Virus record (IMG/VR): IMGVR_UViG_3300020358_000015
Location: 1-30,587 of that record
Direction: 5' to 3' (one strand)
Source: a virus
Taxonomy: Duplodnaviria; Caudoviricetes
DNA: 30,587 bases
The notes under the pieces are model-generated. The model made no database searches. It was not told the DNA's origin and saw nothing but the letters and a program-made list of their open reading frames with translations. The position numbers and the translations under genes were made by a program. Positions 8,801-14,999 of the stretch are shown here, one piece after another; the stretch's first letter is position 1; the number at the start of each line of letters is the position of its first letter.

Positions 8801-10136
8801 ATTCTTCCTCCATATAATTGGAAAGCTCATCTATACCAATAGCAGGTTTTAAATCTATTTTATCTACATCACCGTTTAAAAAAGGATTTTCACCTTCATT
8901 CTTAATTTCGTATTCAAGAACTTGTTTGTTTACATTTTGTAAATCAACTTCAGCTAAATAGTTTTTTAGATAATCATACTTTAATTTATCAGCAGCCAAA
9001 GTTGGATTGTAGTTTCCAGAATAGTCGTAATATCTTCCATCTTCAGATATTGTTTCGTCTTTCAACAACTTAGCATATCTTTCTTTAAATCCGTTTTCTA
9101 TTAGATAACCATTAAATCCAGATATGTCAATTTTATTATCATCACCTGATAGCTTTTTTAAAGTTTGTTGGTTATACATTTCTGCTAAAGCATCATCTTC
9201 AAAACCTGTTGGTTCATAATCTGAGCTTTCAAAAATCTCAAACTCTTCATCAGTATAAGCTCCATCTTCTCTTTGAAATATAGATTGAAGCTTTTCAACA
9301 CTAGCATTAGGGCCTGCAAAATCTATAAGCCTTGCTGTTTCTGCATCAAAGTCTTTTACCTTTTTAATTATAGAATTTGTTTTTTCCTTTTCTTCAGGTG
9401 TATAATTAAAGTTTTTTACATCAGAATATTGGGAATAGTCTTTTTCCTTTTCTTGTTGTAGTTTTAATATATTATCTTCAGTTGACTTAACCGAAACCTC
9501 TTGAAGTTTTTCGATAGATTTTCTACCTCCTTTTAAAGCACTTGTTATATCTGCCTGCTTAATATACCCAATAGCTAATGCTTTTTGAATGTTTGGATCT
9601 GCCTCTATTTTTAACTTTAGTTCTTCATCTATAGATATGTTTTGTTGTCTCATTGCCCTAGCTCTATATGAACCAGGTAATTGAAATCCCTCTAAAGATT
9701 TATCGTTATTTTCTAATAATTTACTTAAATCTTCTTTTAAGAAACTCTCAACATTATCTTCTGGAAGTAAATTTTCTGTGTCTCCTGTTTGGTCTCCAAA
9801 GTTTAATTGAGATTCGTTAATTACACCCTCTTCAACTACTTCGTTTACTTCTAAAGAATCCGAAACACCATCTTGTACTTCTGTTTCGGTAGTAGATTCC
9901 GTAAGAACCTCTTCCCCATCTGAAGGAGTATCGACTTGATTTTTTTTTTCACCGTATCCTACTAATGTAGAAAAAGAATCAATGTCTTTTTTATATCCTT
10001 TAGATTGAACATACTCAAAATTGTCATTTAAAACTTCTTGGTCAGAACCTATTAGTTGTTCAAACTCTTCTATAGATTTACTATAACCTTTTGATGTAGC
10101 TCTATCGTATAAGTCTTGTAATACTTCTTTATCCAT
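2865..10136 (-). CDS. giant internal virion / DNA-ejection protein (2423 aa)
   Basis: Last and largest of three helical proteins after the tail genes, as in podovirus ejection modules; has Gly/Ala-rich hydrophobic segments, acidic linkers and a basic C-terminus. Confidence 0.7.
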   Translation of the reverse strand: MDKEVLQDLYDRATSKGYSKSIEEFEQLIGSDQEVLNDNFEYVQSKGYKKDIDSFSTLVGYGEKKNQVDTPSDGEEVLTESTTETEVQDGVSDSLEVNEVVEEGVINESQLNFGDQTGDTENLLPEDNVESFLKEDLSKLLENNDKSLEGFQLPGSYRARAMRQQNISIDEELKLKIEADPNIQKALAIGYIKQADITSALKGGRKSIEKLQEVSVKSTEDNILKLQQEKEKDYSQYSDVKNFNYTPEEKEKTNSIIKKVKDFDAETARLIDFAGPNASVEKLQSIFQREDGAYTDEEFEIFESSDYEPTGFEDDALAEMYNQQTLKKLSGDDNKIDISGFNGYLIENGFKERYAKLLKDETISEDGRYYDYSGNYNPTLAADKLKYDYLKNYLAEVDLQNVNKQVLEYEIKNEGENPFLNGDVDKIDLKPAIGIDELSNYMEEEFPTLSFAIKKQKAETKENYQRELEGGAGGANTQWLLDAGSQGGRSVNDRINSFSEWAYDWVGMESVSDEIQMNQAETELNRDDMLRYTYASGKSAFANGREYMIDDNGEIYDLDLKIRVSSILEPEQIKEIRKQVQLNGVDGSSFSGTGAAVTTAGVASDMLLQIALTRGVGIAGQTARGIAFASKYKQGRQVVSLLEKIPMKATTASAMIAQGTLMGSSLSSQVRRSALDAGLSNEEADLLASEAGTQGYALGVLTAPISTQRVAMDKIFGTKVKQKIVENTINRYAQGAGIEASRSYLRKTLDGVIRNVPVYLTEGGKEFFQENIQQGTQAYIIGSDINEQAGEQIMKETISLDDFANTSIISLTAGILMPVAGDLKANTTRSFSMTGKGGRAIDQIKSLALLASNVKKTQSLLDSQVKRGIYTQQQADNLISDVKIFNETINGLPSNLSAETSLQVMSDLNKIKQLESEKKVSEVFSPYLDVQIQDLKNNIIKNSNFDFVNNKSKQKLMDDAGKELVSEKEAAGEKNYKINNSEIRSRAVQNFNKLSMEEKQALAFPVETANKAALEKDKESETKTKKDAIQEPSTEEQVLPDASTSKEEGGDSEVGLQQVREGDTQQVTTETKVEEGETQTDTTSDTTAQTDAEQLTEPSAVEQDMSVNNELDNKIESFSNRIAESDSSTELSEEAQQFYSENQEAIDNRVSEIRKQLPKDKSKTRRLATKIANGDTNYSNEQIDLYAANEAEVKAEVEAIAKTNSQTVTADTYKGILQSIKSTTRTDKAKQEGENAQRKRFWKSWNKSNREGKQDLKTKRKNLNKQIKTYAKGKKGNITAAQTKAVINKVNSVNLDNQVAVQELIEYSEKVFNDADYAAKILKAEKLNNRVTTRLNKGNYGLNPDLISRLGTILNTPTKNLTSENIDGYNDFLSNLLKQKQNVKLDDQLVIDSQNMADSLYNENIQDTDEETETKETKSLKTIVDKIINEDVDGETLILEDSKFIENDLDKLDSFTLQTLIDKINSAETDENQELVESANKFAENRQAVITKIKSRSKGISLKSLDNTTKEAGGVQVFQNIKDSDLIGLTGKQLDLLEVSLENINDGHYTHAANKLGQSINSRAYDMRPLVDKYGTTKNKIAMVKSRAEAALKAGLKNAVSRGANSTTSLEMLRTNPLSAVDNAFGNYKNNTIRNNSFEPIATKYSQFKTWAGRLTDKLDAVEQIIAPTYKEGTNPAVRRRFEIQTYLLALESESNVGNKGVAEANEFIDKTIENFNDSKTASNYTQADIDILLDIKAKNSEGGVITTKKMKQNLSPQVMKAIGIMQEIYGALGDKQAYATTIVRGNKLDLLNNYVHHKVDATKDKLDKQLISQKEYVNAKTSTESKSSISRTPGAKAIDFDPVATALRSLRMTGMDYYLTNEIQTSRKALTQLTRLSEQENATKEVIEATVSLSRAYDESIENVLSSNFSTDVIGGKYFDIARKVGYYSTLASAPRAVAELGSNLTFGLMSAPKELALGLGKYSNLSLMQNGLSFAENVGSTTVTKNWGSEILGGSKSEQSGVVRNKKGSKRASGSNIKSSLKYAGRFGKKFADGSEFIADNLLSTPDKMISRPLFFGTFARVFKQETGQDMDADKISKNDEAYMTKYADAIQAAKRAADAKVTQAATSNDPFSGVLKNQLSDEDGARVILYKSINSYMARFTINEFVTARQAVASMVGQGEMGAIKGGATLAGVITRMSMYVVMYKALASMFNGVLGLDDEDDIDYEELGTRQLVGAGVSLITRGTSGNFPMIPINLGIEKLNEEYGESLGLWSDKDGKGYNPYEHSLIFSVINQQKLEKEGVAESAIRIGAGPLAPQASSLLRMGDLLAKMGSKDKKVADRAAAQFLTLRTALEASQFTGVPLPLYKDIRRYLMADNWSDIKASKQQDLKLSDEDFKIIYGEKELKKRKAEKSRARKKSKNSTSGRKLKKLEDELKNLEF
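6851..7057 (-). CDS. nested (overprinted, +1 frame) small basic protein MPFKSQAQRSKCYQMLQQAKKRGETPKWDCNKFEKETLSKSLPKRK... (68 aa)
   Basis: ATG preceded by taaaacaaaaaagg; local GC about 50% versus about 30% in flanks; the N-terminus resembles small stand-alone phage proteins beginning MPFKS-x-x-Q (recognition from memory). Confidence 0.65.
   Translation of the reverse strand: MPFKSQAQRSKCYQMLQQAKKRGETPKWDCNKFEKETLSKSLPKRKSKKVKRKPIQLATRLRRQMLNS
9832..9950 (-). other. candidate programmed -1 frameshift / transcriptional slippage site (G-A10-T) and trans-frame ORF
   Basis: A10 at 9949-9940; the -1 frame has TGA immediately before the run, then 36 open codons with no ATG, ending at TGA 9834-9832. 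Confidence 0.55.
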
Positions 10137-10142
10137 TATGTT

Positions 10143-12104
10143 CTATTTGTTTTCGTAATCGACTCCTCCTGATACTGTACCTGATGGCTTTTCTCCTCCT
10201 GATACTGTACCTGATGGCTTTCCTCCTCTTAAGACTATATCCATATTTTTTTGAAGCCATGTGTGATTTTCACTGCTTGATTGCGCTGGGCTTTTGTAAT
10301 CTACACTATCTACTGTGATTACATATCTGTCATTAGGGCCACTTTCATCTGAATGACTTACTTGTATATTTGAGTCAATATCATATTCTTTTATGGCTTT
10401 TTGGATTATAGTATTTGCTATACCAGTAACCTCATCTTCGTCAGGATTATTTTCTACTGCAGTAGCAAAAACTTCAGCTGCAGTACCTGCTCTTTTTATA
10501 CCATTTTTTTCTGAAACTCCTAAATTAAAAGCACCTAAGCCTCCATACTTTTTTGTTATGCTTTTATATGAAGATACTTTACCTTTTGCTTTTTTATCAG
10601 TACCTTTTAATTTAGATTTATCAAGATATTTTTGAGCTTTTAATTGTAATTTTGCTGCAATTTGCTTACCTACATCTACACCTAGACCTGTTAATGGTAT
10701 AGGAGCCATTCTGTTTCCATCAGGATCTATAAACACTAATATCATATTATCTTTTTTACCTGTAATATCATAACTTGATACAAATTTTGGGTTTTCATCT
10801 ACTAAAGCGTTTAAACTTGATACGTCACCTGTAGCTGCAAGGTCGACAAGGTCTACTGTTGATTGATAGTCTTCCGATTTATCTCCTGATTCATTAGGCC
10901 TAAATGTAGTAGTCTTGTCTCTTCCTGTTATCTTTCTTTGTAATCCTGAGTATATCCCTGATTTAAATATTCTTATAGAAGCTATCTTTGCTTCATCTGT
11001 TTCTTCACCCATAAATAGAGTACTCATAGGGTCTAATGTAGCCGTTACGTATTTATTATATTTCCCTTGCAACATCTCTCCAGTACTAGGGTCTATGTAC
11101 TCGTAAGAAATCTGTTCTTTTAAATCAACACCATCAGCTTTTAATCCTGCAACCTCGTTAGGCATAACAGGTATTTGTTCCTTACCGGGAGGCATATTAT
11201 CCATTAAAATACTCATTCTTTGTTCTACAGTAGCTGTCGCTGCCCCTGTTCCTGCATTAATGAGTCTTTCTATATTTCGGTTATTTCTAGCGTCATCAAC
11301 AACTATTCCTGTATACCCAGCTGAAGTTTTTATCACTTCAAAAGCTTTACTTAAAGCTGTATCCTTATCCAATGCTTCGTTTATACTATCGTTCATATAA
11401 ACTCTAGGTGATTTTTGATTCTTACCTTTTAAAATAGTTGAAGCACCAATTCCTGACATAGTAGGGTCTATAATTGGATTACCGTCGTTATCTAAATCTA
11501 ATTCTCTAGTGTTTGTCTTTGTGTTTATTTTTGTTTTATAAAGATTCATATTAAGACTTCCATCCTCACTACTTAAAATCTTATATAAATTAGGATTACC
11601 TAAAGTAGTTTGAAACTTTTGTATAGCTGACTGAAAAGCTCCAGCTGTTGGTTTTACATAGTTTCCATTTGCATCTGTGTATCCCTGTGCTTCTTTTAAT
11701 GACTGCTGAAAGTTAGCATCATAGTCTTTTAGGTATGAAGAAAGGGTGTCGTAACTTGTACTTGCATTTTGCCTAAATATAAGATTGTCTGTAGGGCTTT
11801 GCATTCCTTTTTCAACCATCTTTACATTATCATACAATCTTTCTTGAGTGCTTCTTAAAGCTTCTAAAATAGCAGCGTCTACAGTTTTATTACCTGTCAT
11901 TCGCTCGCTTGCTAACTTTTTCGAGTCTTGATAAGCTTTAGCTGTATCTGTTTTTAGCTTTATCTCAGCGTCATCTATACCTTTTTTCCAAGAGGCAACA
12001 TCTTTCATCCCCTTGCTTATAGCGGATAGAGTAGAAGTTGGGTCACTTACACCTGTGAAACCTTTATCTAATGCAATTCTAGTAGCGTCTAATTTATTAC
12101 CCAT
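10143..12104 (-). CDS. internal virion / ejection protein (653 aa)
   Basis: Position between the 323-aa and 2423-aa proteins; helical N-terminal region. Confidence 0.6.
   Translation of the reverse strand: MGNKLDATRIALDKGFTGVSDPTSTLSAISKGMKDVASWKKGIDDAEIKLKTDTAKAYQDSKKLASERMTGNKTVDAAILEALRSTQERLYDNVKMVEKGMQSPTDNLIFRQNASTSYDTLSSYLKDYDANFQQSLKEAQGYTDANGNYVKPTAGAFQSAIQKFQTTLGNPNLYKILSSEDGSLNMNLYKTKINTKTNTRELDLDNDGNPIIDPTMSGIGASTILKGKNQKSPRVYMNDSINEALDKDTALSKAFEVIKTSAGYTGIVVDDARNNRNIERLINAGTGAATATVEQRMSILMDNMPPGKEQIPVMPNEVAGLKADGVDLKEQISYEYIDPSTGEMLQGKYNKYVTATLDPMSTLFMGEETDEAKIASIRIFKSGIYSGLQRKITGRDKTTTFRPNESGDKSEDYQSTVDLVDLAATGDVSSLNALVDENPKFVSSYDITGKKDNMILVFIDPDGNRMAPIPLTGLGVDVGKQIAAKLQLKAQKYLDKSKLKGTDKKAKGKVSSYKSITKKYGGLGAFNLGVSEKNGIKRAGTAAEVFATAVENNPDEDEVTGIANTIIQKAIKEYDIDSNIQVSHSDESGPNDRYVITVDSVDYKSPAQSSSENHTWLQKNMDIVLRGGKPSGTVSGGEKPSGTVSGGVDYENK
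10163..10228. repeat. 30-bp in-frame tandem repeat (about 2.2 copies) encoding KPSGTVSGG(E)
   Basis: ctcctcctgatactgtacctgatggcttt(t/c) twice, followed by ctcctc. Confidence 0.95.
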
Positions 12105-12116
12105 CAGTATTTAATA

Positions 12117-13088
12117 TTATTCATTAAAATCTATATAATTCCCAGATTTAAACTTATTTAATACCTTATTAAAATCGTATCCGGCTTTTTCTTCTTCTTC
12201 TTCTTTCTTTTTTCCTTGCTCCTCAAAAAATCTATAGAACATTGCCGCCATTGATGTATCTACAGGTTGACTAGTAACTCCTGATAAATTCGTAATACTT
12301 TCCCCTACACTTTCATTATTATTAGTAACATTGATTTCAGGCGAAGGAACACCACTTGATACATTGCTTCTTCCGCTAATATCAATAGATTTAATATCTC
12401 CTCTATTAAATTGTCTTATTTCTTCTCCTGTATATTTAGATATTCGAGACCTAGCCTCATCAATACTAATACCTTCTGAAGTAGATAGTTTTTCAGCTGC
12501 TTTACTTCCAGCTTTACCTTTTAATCCTCCTACAACCGAAACACCTGTTTGCAATGCACTTACTCCTGCGTCAATAAATGCTCCTGTAGATTGTCCTTTT
12601 AATTTATCTGCTTGAGCTGATAATGCATCTGCCTTTAATCCTGCTGACGCTGCTCTATCATCTTCATATGCTGCTATTTCTGAAGCAGACATTTCCCCTG
12701 CCTTAGCACGAGCCATATCTATATCTATTTTTTGTTTAGCAAATTTGTCAGATATTTCTCCTAATGTAGCGTCTTGAACTTGCTTTATCTTGCCTGCTCC
12801 TGCAGCGACACCTCTTTGGTCTCCTTCTTGGATAGATTCTAATAACTGAGCACCAAATGCATTTCCACCTCTAAGCTGTCGGTCATAAACATCTGTGGTA
12901 GCCCTAACAGCATCGTAAAAGTTTTGCTCTAATCTAGCTACAGATTGTTTTTCTAAATTTTCTTGTTCCAACCTAAGCCTACCTGATTCCCTAGCAGCTG
13001 TTTTTGCCGCATCACCAGCTAATGCTCCTTTTAATGCCGAGCCACCTATTGATACTGTAGCTGCTGCTATTGTTGTAAATGCTGCCAT
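12117..13088 (-). CDS. internal virion / ejection protein (323 aa, T7 gp14 / P22 gp7-like position)
   Basis: Gly/Ala-rich hydrophobic N-terminus (MAAFTTIAAATVSIGGSALKG) followed by a coiled-coil region; first of the ejection trio. Confidence 0.65.
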   Translation of the reverse strand: MAAFTTIAAATVSIGGSALKGALAGDAAKTAARESGRLRLEQENLEKQSVARLEQNFYDAVRATTDVYDRQLRGGNAFGAQLLESIQEGDQRGVAAGAGKIKQVQDATLGEISDKFAKQKIDIDMARAKAGEMSASEIAAYEDDRAASAGLKADALSAQADKLKGQSTGAFIDAGVSALQTGVSVVGGLKGKAGSKAAEKLSTSEGISIDEARSRISKYTGEEIRQFNRGDIKSIDISGRSNVSSGVPSPEINVTNNNESVGESITNLSGVTSQPVDTSMAAMFYRFFEEQGKKKEEEEEKAGYDFNKVLNKFKSGNYIDFNE

Positions 13089-13089
13089 A

Positions 13090-13500
13090 TTATAATTTTT
13101 TTATCATTTCTTTATTGTATGTACCAGATTCAATATATCCATTATTCTCATAATGTTGAGTTAGTGATTTAGATTTCAAAAGAGCATATGAATATTTGCA
13201 TCCAGATAATTTTAATGTGTTTGTTAAAACACTAATTAAGTATATTAATGATTGCTCTCTTTTTATCTTATCCTTATATTCAAAATTAGATATCACCCAA
13301 TCACACCAACCAACCTTTGAGTTTGTTATGTAAATGTATCCTGCACAAACAGGTGTTTCTTTATCGTATACTATAAAACCACCTTCGCTATTCTCTGGTA
13401 AAAAATCTTTTGGAGGTGATGTCCATCTCCAATCTTTCCACCATTTTGTCAATATCGAATCGTAATCTGTTGAATTTAATTTTCTTACGTTAAATTTCAT
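13090..13500 (-). CDS. GNAT-fold acetyltransferase-like protein (T7 gp13-like position)
   Basis: VRKL...DY ... GGFIVY....PVCAGYIY ... L..HYENNGY resembles the GNAT pattern; lies between tail and internal virion genes. Confidence 0.6.
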   Translation of the reverse strand: MKFNVRKLNSTDYDSILTKWWKDWRWTSPPKDFLPENSEGGFIVYDKETPVCAGYIYITNSKVGWCDWVISNFEYKDKIKREQSLIYLISVLTNTLKLSGCKYSYALLKSKSLTQHYENNGYIESGTYNKEMIKKL

Positions 13501-13505
13501 TAAAA

Positions 13506-13513
13506 CAAAGATA
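13506..13513 (-). promoter_or_regulatory. Bacteroidota sigma-A -7 promoter element TATCTTTG
   Basis: Exact TAnnTTTG in a 20-nt intergenic gap, 5 nt before the ATG at 13500. Confidence 0.7.
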
Positions 13514-13520
13514 CAAAAAA

Positions 13521-14276
13521 CTAAGGATTACTTTTAAATACATCTGAGTCTACTGTAAAAAGCTCTACGGCTTGAGTGTTTGAGTTTGTTAATTTAAACT
13601 GAAGAAAATAACCTAGAGTACCGTAAGACTCTGCAACGCTGTTCTTTACAAACAAAATAAAGCTAGCAGGAACTGCTCCTATAATCACAGGATTTAATAT
13701 TGTAATGGTTTTATTGTCAACACTAACAGATGTTATCTCTCCTATTTCTACTATAGATCCTGCATTGTTATAATAAGCAGTATCCCCTATACTAAGTATC
13801 GAACCAATTACAAATCCAAAAGTCAATGTAATTGCTGCTGGACCTACACCTGTAGTGGATACAAAAGTACCTATTCCTTGAGCTGACCTTAACGCTAAGT
13901 TTTCAGAACCAGCCACTCTTCTTATAAATGCAAAGTAAGCACCCTCTTTTAATACAAAGTAAGAAGCATTCATAGACCCTGTTCCTAGGTCAGAAACCAA
14001 ATCACACCCCCAAGAATCATCGCTTTCAAGTTCAATAGTTTTAAAAACCTTAGTAGTTGTTGGGTCTTCATTAAAAACACCTGTTATAGTAGAATTATAG
14101 TCTACACCATAATAGCTGTTTCTTCTATCGTTAGTATTATGCCTATACAATTTACCGTTGTTAAAAGTATATAAATATTGATTCATTCCTAGAATAAAAT
14201 CAGGTATATAGCTGTAAAATGATGGCCATCCATTTACAGACTCACTATATGTTAATGTATAATTTTGTTGAGGCAT
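13521..14276 (-). CDS. tail muzzle/stabilisation protein, C-terminal part (probable start MPQQNY at 14276)
   Basis: YTLTYSESVNGWPSFYSYIP...LYTFNNGKLYRHN...YYG...KVFKTIELES...KEG resembles the C-terminal beta-propeller region of podovirus/crAss-like nozzle proteins. Confidence 0.6.
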   Translation of the reverse strand: MPQQNYTLTYSESVNGWPSFYSYIPDFILGMNQYLYTFNNGKLYRHNTNDRRNSYYGVDYNSTITGVFNEDPTTTKVFKTIELESDDSWGCDLVSDLGTGSMNASYFVLKEGAYFAFIRRVAGSENLALRSAQGIGTFVSTTGVGPAAITLTFGFVIGSILSIGDTAYYNNAGSIVEIGEITSVSVDNKTITILNPVIIGAVPASFILFVKNSVAESYGTLGYFLQFKLTNSNTQAVELFTVDSDVFKSNP

Positions 14277-14278
14277 AT

Positions 14279-14989
14279 TTATTGAATTACGCAATTACCT
14301 GCAGAGCATTCAGCTATACTAGTAACCACATTGTTTAATAGATTCATTAATTTAAATGTTCCTGAAGGAGTTTGCGTGTTATAATTTTCAGCATATGCAT
14401 ACCATCCATTACTTAATGAAGGCCCTTGAACAACATCATTTATAGTTATACTAAGATATCCGTTTCCACTATTCATATTTTTTGATGATGTAATCGCATA
14501 ATTTCCTGTACAAAAATCACTACAAACACTTCTTTGTGTAGATATATAAAACGTACCTGAAGAACAAGATGGACACGATGTTAAAACACCTAAAGCCCCT
14601 GAAGACTGTTGTCTATATTGATTAGATGTCTTTGTCTTATAAAACCCATCAGGCGAAAGAGATGTCAGAGCTGCATCAGTATACATTAATGTAGTAGATG
14701 GATTGGAAAAAGAATCCCCAGTATTAAAATGAGCAGTAAAACTACTGCTACTAACACAACACAATCCATTTGCAGAAGAAGAATTAACTTTTAATACCTC
14801 AAAGTTACCTGCACACGATGGACATGTTGAAGATCCATTTAATAAAACACCATTTACTTGCTGTCTATAAATACCGTTTTTCTGATAAAATCCATTAGCT
14901 GAAGGAGTTGTTAATTCAGGATTATCATATACAGCCGAAGCCAATAAAAAATCTGAATTATCTATATATCTATTTACGAATGTAGCCAT
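14279..14989 (-). CDS. Cys/Ser/Thr-rich repeat protein, probably tail-associated
   Basis: Two clear repeats of Y....LT.....GFY.....YRQQ..G.L....CPSC plus a degenerate third. Confidence 0.7.
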   Translation of the reverse strand: MATFVNRYIDNSDFLLASAVYDNPELTTPSANGFYQKNGIYRQQVNGVLLNGSSTCPSCAGNFEVLKVNSSSANGLCCVSSSSFTAHFNTGDSFSNPSTTLMYTDAALTSLSPDGFYKTKTSNQYRQQSSGALGVLTSCPSCSSGTFYISTQRSVCSDFCTGNYAITSSKNMNSGNGYLSITINDVVQGPSLSNGWYAYAENYNTQTPSGTFKLMNLLNNVVTSIAECSAGNCVIQ

Positions 14990-14999
14990 TTATTATATT

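Noticed and set aside
2865-10136. Giant protein as a crAss-type or N4-type virion RNA polymerase
   Set aside because: No DFDID/DxDGD catalytic motif found (nearest are AIDFDPV and an acidic DDEDDID linker), and host-type promoters are present
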